A DNA stretch of 61,403 bases from an uncultured Methanosarcinales archaeon (lineage in GTDB: Archaea; Nanobdellota; Nanobdellia; Woesearchaeales; GW2011-AR4): contig CAZPFO010000005.1 of NCBI GenBank assembly GCA_964585935.1, forward strand, positions 1 to 61,403, given 5' to 3'. Each line of letters begins with the position of its first letter. Position 1 is the first letter of the stretch. Below are positions 28,588 to 36,569 of the stretch, one piece after another. The notes under the pieces were generated by a model. That model was given only the letters and a program-made list of their open reading frames with translations, searched no databases and was not told the origin of the DNA. The position numbers and the translations under genes were made by a program.

Positions 28588-29211
28588 TTGGCCAAACATA
28601 ATTTAGGCTTAGTTCATGTATATACTGGAAATGGCAAAGGGAAAACAACAGCTGCGATGGGTTTATTGCTGAGAGCTGTAGGCCAGGGGTTGAAGGTTTA
28701 TATTATCCAGTTCCTGAAGGGAGGAGCCTACACAGGGGAATTAATTTCTGCAAAAAATTTTCTTAAGAATGTTGATTTTGTGCAATATGGGAAGGCTTGT
28801 GTTAAAGAGGACAAGCAGCTAAAGCTGCAGGGCTTTGATTCAGGGTATGTTTATTTTGATTATGTGAGGGATGATATAGACTGCGGGGAGTGCAGGTCGT
28901 GCTTTCTGAATGATGAAGAGCAGAGAAAGTTAGCTAAGGATGCTTTTGAGAAATCAAGGAAAGTTCTGCAGAGCGAAGATTACGATTTAGTTGTCCTGGA
29001 TGAGGTAAACATGGCCATGCATCTGGGATTTGTTGATGTTAAGGCGGTTCTTGATTTGATTGAGAACAAGAATAAAATGACTGAGCTTGTATTAACAGGG
29101 AGAAATGCTCCAAAGGAGATAATGGAAAAAGGAGATTATGTCAGCGAGATTAAGCTCATAAAGCACCCTTACCAGAAAGGTATAGGAGCCAGAAGAGGGA
29201 TTGAGTATTGA
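28588..29211 (+). CDS. cobO: ATP:cob(I)alamin adenosyltransferase, CobO/BtuR type, with Cys-rich insertion
   Basis: VHVYTGNGKGKTTAAMG, IQFLKG, LVVLDEV, ELVLTGR, KHPYQKGIGARRGIEY; TTG start. Confidence 0.92.
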   Translation: MAKHNLGLVHVYTGNGKGKTTAAMGLLLRAVGQGLKVYIIQFLKGGAYTGELISAKNFLKNVDFVQYGKACVKEDKQLKLQGFDSGYVYFDYVRDDIDCGECRSCFLNDEEQRKLAKDAFEKSRKVLQSEDYDLVVLDEVNMAMHLGFVDVKAVLDLIENKNKMTELVLTGRNAPKEIMEKGDYVSEIKLIKHPYQKGIGARRGIEY

Positions 29212-29262
29212 TAATGTTTAAATAAGCAGGGATATTTCTTTTTTAGAATTTGAGAGGATATC

Positions 29263-29541
29263 ATGGATAATCCAATTGAGGAAAAATCTGAACTTGAATT
29301 GGCAATACGTATTCTTGAAGGGCAAGCTATAGCCTATCATTTATCAAAGAAGGTTCGTAAAGGCTTAATCGAAGATGGGTCTTTTGTTGAACTTTTAGTC
29401 GAAGGGGTGGCGGAGAAAGCCAGAGAACCTTTAAAGGAACTAAAAAAAAGAACAGGGATTGAAGATTATTATGAACTATTAGAATACTGCGCAGATCTTT
29501 ATAAGGATAATAAAGGTGATCCCCACCATCATTTTAATTAA
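29263..29541 (+). CDS. hypothetical protein
   Basis: 92-aa non-overlapping ORF with GAGAGGA RBS. Confidence 0.55.
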   Translation: MDNPIEEKSELELAIRILEGQAIAYHLSKKVRKGLIEDGSFVELLVEGVAEKAREPLKELKKRTGIEDYYELLEYCADLYKDNKGDPHHHFN

Positions 29542-29607
29542 ACCTAAGTTGAGTATTGATAAATCAAAAAAAGAATATAAAATCAAAAAAAACGTTATTA
29601 AAAATAA

Positions 29608-30003
29608 ATGAAAACAGTAAAAGCGACTGTCGGCTGCGTAATAGAAAAAGATAATAAAATTTTACTTACCTTGAGGAAGATTGAGCCTTTTAAGGACTAT
29701 TGGTGCCTGCCTGGAGGACATATTGATTTTGGCGAGGATCCATTGGATGCTGTAAAAAGGGAAGTTAAGGAGGAAACTGGGTTGAAGGTTGAACCAAAAT
29801 TTCTTAATTATTACAATGAATACCATAAAGGGCTAGACTGGCATGCAGTTGTTCTTATTTTCCATGCAAAAGCAGAAGGCGAAGTGAAGAAATGCGACAA
29901 GGAAGTTAAGGAAATTAAATGGTTCAGCGAAGAAGAAGCGCTTAAAGTTCCGCTGGCTTTTGTGCATAAGGGGGTTTTGGAGGATTATTTTAAAAAACGC
30001 TAA
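29608..30003 (+). CDS. NUDIX hydrolase
   Basis: Nudix box GGHIDFGEDPLDAVKREVKEETG. Confidence 0.93.
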   Translation: MKTVKATVGCVIEKDNKILLTLRKIEPFKDYWCLPGGHIDFGEDPLDAVKREVKEETGLKVEPKFLNYYNEYHKGLDWHAVVLIFHAKAEGEVKKCDKEVKEIKWFSEEEALKVPLAFVHKGVLEDYFKKR

Positions 30004-30009
30004 TAAAAA

Positions 30010-30657
30010 ATGATACACATCCCGGAAATAATGAAAATCCTTTCTAAAGAATATCATTCCACTGAAAAGACTACTCTTAATCGTATGCGGAAAAATCCGG
30101 ATGCATTTAAGATATTAATTTCTTGTTTACTCTCTCTTAGGACAAAGGATGCTAACACAGAAAAAGTCTCAGCAAAGCTGTTTATAGTTGCGGATACTCC
30201 TCAAAAAATATCCAAGATTCCAATAAAAAGATTGGAGAAGCTGATTTTTTCTTCTGGTCACTATAAAAAGAAAGCAAGAACGCTTAAGCATGTCTCAAAA
30301 ATTTTATTGGAAAATCATAATGGAAAAGTCCCAGAAACAAAAGAAGAACTTTTGAGTATCAAGGGAATTGGCCCAAAAACAGCAAATATTGTTTTAGCGT
30401 TTGCTTATGGTAAATTGGTGATACCTGTGGACGTTCACTGCCACAGAATCCCGAATAGAATAGGGTGGGTTAAAACAAAAACACCCGAGCAAACAGAAGA
30501 AGAGCTTGAAAAAATTCTTCCAAAAATATACTGGAGAGATTTTAATGCTGTTTTTGTTCAGTTCGGACAGACTATCTGCGTTCCTGTTTCTCCGTTTTGT
30601 TCCAAATGTCCAATAAGGAGATATTGTAAAAGGGCCGGTGTTAAGAGGAGCAGATAG
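30010..30657 (+). CDS. nth: endonuclease III (HhH-GPD, [4Fe-4S])
   Basis: LLSIKGIGPKTAN HhH, VDVHCHRI, CVPVSPFCSKCPIRRYC. Confidence 0.93.
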   Translation: MIHIPEIMKILSKEYHSTEKTTLNRMRKNPDAFKILISCLLSLRTKDANTEKVSAKLFIVADTPQKISKIPIKRLEKLIFSSGHYKKKARTLKHVSKILLENHNGKVPETKEELLSIKGIGPKTANIVLAFAYGKLVIPVDVHCHRIPNRIGWVKTKTPEQTEEELEKILPKIYWRDFNAVFVQFGQTICVPVSPFCSKCPIRRYCKRAGVKRSR

Positions 30658-30773
30658 AAACCAGCGCAAATCAAAGATTTTCTGGGTATTTAGAATTTTC
30701 TTTGAAAATTCCAAAACCAGCAGAAAACAAAGTTTTCTTGGGCTTTGAATTTTTTTTAGAAAAATCCAAAACC
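30658..30773. repeat. imperfect tandem 56-bp repeat made of paired mini-hairpins
   Basis: AAACCAGC at 30658 and 30714; hairpins AAATC-aaa-GATTT, GAATTTTC-ttt-GAAAATTC, AGAAAAC-aaa-GTTTTCT. Confidence 0.7.
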
Positions 30774-30809
30774 TTTAAAAACCACTGATTAAACTTAAGT
30801 CACGAGAAA

Positions 30810-31748
30810 ATGTACGATACTATAATCATTGGAGGCGGGCCTGCTGGCCTGACAGCAGCCATATACACCTGCAGAAAGAGGATGAGTACTTTAGTCCTGA
30901 CTATGGATATTGGAGGCCAGACAAATCTGACTCAGGATATTGAGAACTATCCGGGCTATGAAATGGGCCCAGGTATTGACTTGATGAAGCTGTTTGAGAA
31001 GCAGGCATTAAAATTTGGCGCTGAAATAAAGATGGCTAAAGTAGAGAAAGTCAGGCAGGAAAAAGATGGCTTTTCTGTTGAGATTGGCGATAAGACAAAG
31101 TATAATGCAAAGACAATCATAGTTGCTTATGGAAAAGTGCCTCAAAGCTTAGGAATTCCAGGAGAAGACGAACTCATGGGAAAAGGTGTTTCTACTTGTG
31201 TAACGTGCGATGCTCCTTTGTTCAAGGGCAAGACAGTTGTTGTTATTGGAGGCGGGAATAGCGCTGTTGACGGAGCTATTGAGTTAGCAGGCATAGCAAA
31301 AAAGGTTTATTTGATTCATAGAAGGGACCAGTTCAGAGGAGATGAAAGTTCAGTTGAAAAAGTTAAGAAGGATGAGAATATAGAGATTGTTCTGAATTCA
31401 GTGGCTACTGAAATAAAAGGCGATAAAGTCGTCAAATCAGTAACTATTGAGAATGTTAAAAAGAAGGAGAAAAGGGAATTGCAAGTTGATGGTGTTTTTA
31501 TAGAAATAGGGTATGTTGTTGACAACTCAATGATCAAGGATATAGTTAAGGTTAACAAGTTCAATGAAATAGTCATAAATGAGAAGTGCAGGACATCATG
31601 CAAAGGGATATTTGCTGCAGGCGATGTAACAACAGTGCCTTTCAAGCAGACAATCATTGCTGCTGGTGATGGTGCTAAGGCTGCTCTGCAGGCCCATGCA
31701 TACCTGAAAGGTGTTGCAACTTCTATAGATTGGTTACATTCTGTTTAA
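30810..31748 (+). CDS. trxB: thioredoxin-disulfide reductase
   Basis: IIGGGPAGLTAA, CVTCD redox motif, VIGGGNSA, HRRD, FAAGDV. Confidence 0.94.
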   Translation: MYDTIIIGGGPAGLTAAIYTCRKRMSTLVLTMDIGGQTNLTQDIENYPGYEMGPGIDLMKLFEKQALKFGAEIKMAKVEKVRQEKDGFSVEIGDKTKYNAKTIIVAYGKVPQSLGIPGEDELMGKGVSTCVTCDAPLFKGKTVVVIGGGNSAVDGAIELAGIAKKVYLIHRRDQFRGDESSVEKVKKDENIEIVLNSVATEIKGDKVVKSVTIENVKKKEKRELQVDGVFIEIGYVVDNSMIKDIVKVNKFNEIVINEKCRTSCKGIFAAGDVTTVPFKQTIIAAGDGAKAALQAHAYLKGVATSIDWLHSV

Positions 31749-31828
31749 GAAGTCATAATAGTGTTATCAATATGGATTTAAATCTTTGGTTTTTACTATC
31801 TAAAAATAGTATAGAAAAAGTAATATAT

Positions 31829-32311
31829 CTATTCAGGTTTTTGATAGTTGACGTGGGCTTTTTCAACTACTTCTGCAAGAGTTGGGATTTTCTCTCTTCT
31901 TAAATAATAAGCTAGATCACCTTTTCCAATAATGAGTATCTTAACATTTTCAACACTAATATGTATACTCCCCTCAGTTGAAAATACATTGTTAGTTTCT
32001 TGGTCCAAGTCAATTTTAATTTTTCCATCTGCCCTGTCCCAATAAGAAGGTATAACACGACTATGATTAAATTCATAAATACTTTTTAATTCGATCTGTG
32101 GTTGTTTTCCTTCTGTAAATGAAACATAATCTCCAAAAATCAAATTTCCGCCTGCAGAGTTTTTTATTGTAACAATCCCGACTAATTCCCCTTCTTGAAC
32201 TTCAGATAATGCTTCTTTAATTTCAAGTAAGTTGGTTTCTAAAGACTCTGTTAAGTACAATATACTAGTTAGCAAAGTTTTAGTGATATGTTTAAGTCCT
32301 TTCTCAACCAT
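31829..32311 (-). CDS. hypothetical protein
   Basis: 160-aa non-overlapping ORF; no motif recognised. Confidence 0.55.
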   Translation of the reverse strand: MVEKGLKHITKTLLTSILYLTESLETNLLEIKEALSEVQEGELVGIVTIKNSAGGNLIFGDYVSFTEGKQPQIELKSIYEFNHSRVIPSYWDRADGKIKIDLDQETNNVFSTEGSIHISVENVKILIIGKGDLAYYLRREKIPTLAEVVEKAHVNYQKPE

Positions 32312-32363
32312 TTTACTACATGGAGATAGATAATCTTTATTTAAATCTTCTTATTTTTAATAT

Positions 32364-33107
32364 TTATTTTTCTGACAACTTCCCAACACAATACTCAGCT
32401 ATTTTCTTCAAATTTATAATATCTTCCTCATTATACTCAACTAATAAATTCAGATAATGATCATCGCCTGTTGCCTTATACATTCGCCATAATGTTACTG
32501 CATCTCCGCCATAAAACCCTTCTATTATTTTGTTTCTTTTAATTCCGAGCTTTTTCTCTATCTGCTTCAGCCCACCAGTAAGATCGAGCCTTGCAGCTGC
32601 TGATCTAAGGTCAAAATTGGGTATATCCGGCAGTAAATCAGGACATCTTTTTTTGATAAAAGGTATGTCAAAACTAGATCCATTAAAAGTTACAATCAAT
32701 TTGTATTTTTCCAGTTCGTTTTTTAATTCCTTATAATCTAAATTAATGTTTTTTATCATTATTTTTGTATCGATACCATCAAAAAGGCCAAAAACAGTTA
32801 TATCATCCCTGTTTGTTAAGCCTGTTGTTTCTATATCCAAAAAAACAGCATCATCCTTGAAGAAATCATAAAGCCTCCAGTATTCTCTTTGTGGAAGTAA
32901 GTTGATAAAATAAGATGAGTCAAAATTGTAAAGAGCGTTTCTCGCTTTAAGAATCTGCCTATCGTAGTAAAGTTTTCTTGCCCTGTTTATTCCGTTGATT
33001 TTTTTATTTTTTAAAAAAACGTCCCAGTCAGTAATGCCCTGCTCCCACAGGTTTTCCTCTGTTTTTTTGTTTACTTTTTCAAGAAAGATGAAAGATTTTC
33101 TGATCAT
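32364..33107 (-). CDS. RNase H-like (YprB/RNase_H_2 type) predicted exonuclease
   Basis: FLDIETTG, VTFNGSSFDIPF, GGLKQIE, YNEED. Confidence 0.85.
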   Translation of the reverse strand: MIRKSFIFLEKVNKKTEENLWEQGITDWDVFLKNKKINGINRARKLYYDRQILKARNALYNFDSSYFINLLPQREYWRLYDFFKDDAVFLDIETTGLTNRDDITVFGLFDGIDTKIMIKNINLDYKELKNELEKYKLIVTFNGSSFDIPFIKKRCPDLLPDIPNFDLRSAAARLDLTGGLKQIEKKLGIKRNKIIEGFYGGDAVTLWRMYKATGDDHYLNLLVEYNEEDIINLKKIAEYCVGKLSEK

Positions 33108-33176
33108 AAAAAAGAAAATAACAAACTGGCTTAAATATTTTATGGATGGATGTCCAGTGGCAACATATCTTCTGCT

Positions 33177-33425
33177 CTATTTATAGATATTTTTCCTATG
33201 CCCTACTTCAATAACATAAATAAGAACTTTATCTTCCTTGATATCCAAAATAATCCTATAATCTCCAGCCCTTAATCGAAAATAAGGACATCCAATCAGT
33301 TTCTTTACATGAGGGTATGGCCTGACCTTGATTCTCTCAAGTATAGAAATGATTCTTATTTGCATATCTTTCTCTAACTTATATAGTTGCTTCTCAGCAG
33401 TCTTTGAGAACTCGATATCATACAT
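33177..33425 (-). CDS. relE: RelE/ParE-family toxin
   Basis: AEKQLYKL, FRLRAGDYRIILDI, VIEVGHRKNIY. Confidence 0.92.
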   Translation of the reverse strand: MYDIEFSKTAEKQLYKLEKDMQIRIISILERIKVRPYPHVKKLIGCPYFRLRAGDYRIILDIKEDKVLIYVIEVGHRKNIYK

Positions 33426-33426
33426 C

Positions 33427-33645
33427 TTATAATCCTAATTCTTTTTTGACTTGGGCAAGTGTAACAGTCTTTCCTTCTTTTATTTCCTTCCTGGACTGCT
33501 CGATATGTCTTTTTGTTTCTTCAGATAACTCCATAGAATCCTCTAACATATCCCAGACCACTTCTTCATAACTTTCTTTATCATACATTTTCCTGTTCCG
33601 TAAAGCTTCCATTAACTTATTACTAACTTGTATTGTTGTTGCCAT
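33427..33645 (-). CDS. cognate antitoxin (RelB-like, RHH-type N-terminus)
   Basis: ATTIQVS N-terminus, ELSEETKRHIEQSRKEIKEGK; 1 bp upstream of toxin. Confidence 0.85.
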   Translation of the reverse strand: MATTIQVSNKLMEALRNRKMYDKESYEEVVWDMLEDSMELSEETKRHIEQSRKEIKEGKTVTLAQVKKELGL

Positions 33646-33785
33646 AGTAACTATATAGAACGCTATAGTATATAAGCTTTTTGGTTTTTAGAAAAAAATC
33701 TGAAATCTTGTATGTTGATAGGTGTAATCTTAGATTGTGAATAAAGTGTTAATTTTTTATTCTTAAGCAATTTATGATTTCTTAC

Positions 33786-34202
33786 TTACTCCCCAATAAT
33801 CTTAACCAAAACCCTCTTTTTTCTCTGGCCGTCAAACTCTCCATAGAAAATTCTCTCCCAGGTTCCGAAGTCCAGCTTCCCGTTAGTTATTGCAACTGTG
33901 ACTTCTCTGCCCATTATTGTTCTTTTAAGATGAGCGTCTGCATTGTCCTCGCCTGTTAAATTATGCTGGTAGCCTTGTGGGTTAAAAGGGGCTAATTTCT
34001 CAAGCCATTCCATATAATCCTTATGCAGCCCTGATTCATTATCATTAATGAAAACAGAGGCTGTTATGTGCATAGGGTTAACCAAACAAAGGCCTTCTTT
34101 TACCCCTGATTTTTTTACTGCTTCTTCAACTTGACTTGTAATATTGACTATATCGTATCTTTTTTCTGTGTTAAAATAGAGGTATTCTGTGTAAGATTTC
34201 AT
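33786..34202 (-). CDS. yjbQ: YjbQ/UPF0047 family protein (secondary thiamine-phosphate synthase)
   Basis: [35 protein letters not shown]. Confidence 0.92.
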   Translation of the reverse strand: MKSYTEYLYFNTEKRYDIVNITSQVEEAVKKSGVKEGLCLVNPMHITASVFINDNESGLHKDYMEWLEKLAPFNPQGYQHNLTGEDNADAHLKRTIMGREVTVAITNGKLDFGTWERIFYGEFDGQRKKRVLVKIIGE

Positions 34203-34302
34203 TTTACCACCCTTATAGCTGGATAGTTTGAAAGTTTATATAAGTTTTTAGGAAAAAAGAAAAGTTTAAAGAGTATGCTATGTCTTCTATACTACTAATA
34301 GA

Positions 34303-35397
34303 ATGGCATTATTTAAACTTAAATGGAGCATGATGGTTATTCTTTTACTTTTTTTAGTTAGTTTTGTATCTGCTGAAAATGTTGTTAATTCTGAGGATGT
34401 GGTTGAGATTAACTTAGGTAATTATAAGATGCCAATTAATATGAAAATAGAAGAAAACTACTTTCTGAAAGGCGATTTATTTGAAGTTACAAGAGAATTA
34501 TTGTTTTACAATCTTAATGAAACAGAGAAATTCAATTTCCAAGAGACGACCAAATTAGATCAAAAAAAATCATATTACTCTTATTTCCAGTATGACGAGA
34601 AAGGAGAAATTATAAAACGAAAACCTTATCTTGAGACGGAATATACTAAGAATGGAACTGAGTTGTCAGTAACATTCCCAGATATTGATATTCTGAATAA
34701 ATCTTATTATTATATAATGGAAAAGTATAATGTAAAATATGAACATTGGCATGAAGGGGATTTTTGGTACCCTTTTGATGAATTTCCATTCAATAAAACA
34801 GTGAAAAATAGGCAAATAACCCACTCTTACGACTTGAAAATAAATTTACCAAAAACTTATGAAGCATATTATAATGATGAAAAATTTAGTTATGCTATAG
34901 AAAGTTACTTTGTAGATTCTACTAGCCATAGTTTAAGCAAAGGTTCAAATATAAACATAAGAGTATGTTTGCCACAATTTAGACCCTTCATTAGTAGTCT
35001 TAAAGAAGATTCAAGAGAAATCAAATTCCCTTCAGTAGTTATGCCTTCTATTCAGGATGATCCTTGTAAATTTATAGGTCCAAAAATTCACGTATTCTTT
35101 ACTATAGGGCGTAGTATGTTTCTCAAAGGAGTCTATTTTTTCTCATTAACTATTTTGGTTCTTCTGCTTTTATTATATTTCAGATATCCTCAATACTTCG
35201 GTGTAATTTTGGGTACTTCCATTACTATGTATATCTTTCAACAAGGAATAGTTCTTTTCTTTTCTCAAAATAGACCTACCACTTTAACATTATGGGACTT
35301 AAATGGTATTATAATCTTGATTATTATAATTCTTAAACTAATACCATTTGATAGGCTCAGAAGAGAACATAATCCCATAAATGAGTATACGGGTTAA
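34303..35397 (+). CDS. membrane protein: signal peptide, ~250-aa extracellular domain, three C-terminal TM helices; Pro-loop channel/DUF4436-like motifs
   Basis: VSA|EN cleavage-like site, WYPFD motif, pre-TM TIGRS, RPTTLTLWD loop between TM2 and TM3. Confidence 0.55.
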   Translation: MALFKLKWSMMVILLLFLVSFVSAENVVNSEDVVEINLGNYKMPINMKIEENYFLKGDLFEVTRELLFYNLNETEKFNFQETTKLDQKKSYYSYFQYDEKGEIIKRKPYLETEYTKNGTELSVTFPDIDILNKSYYYIMEKYNVKYEHWHEGDFWYPFDEFPFNKTVKNRQITHSYDLKINLPKTYEAYYNDEKFSYAIESYFVDSTSHSLSKGSNINIRVCLPQFRPFISSLKEDSREIKFPSVVMPSIQDDPCKFIGPKIHVFFTIGRSMFLKGVYFFSLTILVLLLLLYFRYPQYFGVILGTSITMYIFQQGIVLFFSQNRPTTLTLWDLNGIIILIIIILKLIPFDRLRREHNPINEYTG

Positions 35398-35399
35398 AA

Positions 35400-36491
35400 A
35401 TGAATGATAAACTATGTTTAAAACTATTGGAATATTGGCGTGATAATCCAGAAAAGATTACTGAATTGCCAGAAGAATTAAAAGATAAGATTACTGAAGA
35501 AGAAAAAGTCAATCTTATAGCTGAGGTAGGCGAACTAACCCCTCCGAGTATTTTTAGCCATATTGAAAGACTGAGGAAAAAAATTAAAGAAGATGAGGAA
35601 ATAAGAACGGATAGTAATACTATTCAGGAGAAAAATCCAGAAGCTATAGATTATTCAGATATAAAAAAAATAACTGATACATTATCAAGTACTGAATCTC
35701 GAGCATTGCGGTATGTATCCAGTAATTATTCCAATAAGGTACTAAATCATCTAAAAGACACTCATAGGGAAAAAATAAATAGTCTTTGTGATTTTTATGG
35801 TTATAATAAAGAAGTTTTAGTTAAGTATGAGAAGTTAAATCAAGAAGCACTTAAACTATCATTAAAAGATTTACGTTCATTAAGATACGAATCTAGTATT
35901 AGCCAAAATAAGAATCTCTTAAAATACTTAACAATCCACAGGAATGAATTAATAAAATTTTATTTTCAGTCAGATACAAGTAAAATAAAAATTGAAACTA
36001 CTAAAGAATCTGAAGCAGAAGGAAAAACCTATGCCGTATTTTTAAGTCATTCTCAAAAGGATAAATTACTTGCGAATAAGATAAAAAGTTTGCTTAATGA
36101 GATGGATGTGATTTCATTTGTTGCACACGATGATATCGAGGAAGGCGAGGTATGGGAACCAACGATTATAGAACGAGTAAAAAATTCCAAGATAATTATT
36201 GTTCTTGGAACCACAGATATAGAAAACTCGGCGTGGGTCAATTTTGAGACTGGTATAGGTTATGATAAAATGTTTCCAGTTTTGTTTAATAAACTCACTG
36301 ATAAGGTTTCATATATCAAAAACAAACAAGGAATTATAATAGATTATAATGAAGTTGATAAGAGTATTTTAAAATTTGTTTATACTGTTATTTCAAAGTT
36401 AGGACTCACCACTAAAAAAAGTGATGATGCTATTAGATCATTGGAATATTTTAAAGAATTAAAAGACTATATCTTAGAGAACTATAAATAA
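35400..36491 (+). CDS. TIR-domain protein with helical N-terminal region
   Basis: VFLSHSQKD, FVAHDDIEEGEVW, SAWVNFETG (candidate catalytic Glu) at ~aa 211-300. Confidence 0.85.
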   Translation: MNDKLCLKLLEYWRDNPEKITELPEELKDKITEEEKVNLIAEVGELTPPSIFSHIERLRKKIKEDEEIRTDSNTIQEKNPEAIDYSDIKKITDTLSSTESRALRYVSSNYSNKVLNHLKDTHREKINSLCDFYGYNKEVLVKYEKLNQEALKLSLKDLRSLRYESSISQNKNLLKYLTIHRNELIKFYFQSDTSKIKIETTKESEAEGKTYAVFLSHSQKDKLLANKIKSLLNEMDVISFVAHDDIEEGEVWEPTIIERVKNSKIIIVLGTTDIENSAWVNFETGIGYDKMFPVLFNKLTDKVSYIKNKQGIIIDYNEVDKSILKFVYTVISKLGLTTKKSDDAIRSLEYFKELKDYILENYK

Positions 36492-36569
36492 AAATTAAAG
36501 TAGGAAATCCCCCTAACACCTTTCTCTTTTCAGCAAACTTTAAAAACAATAGCCTTATTCCTTCTTTTT

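Noticed and set aside
30658-30773. Possible mini CRISPR array
   Set aside because: Only two diverged units, no unique spacers of constant length, no cas genes in window
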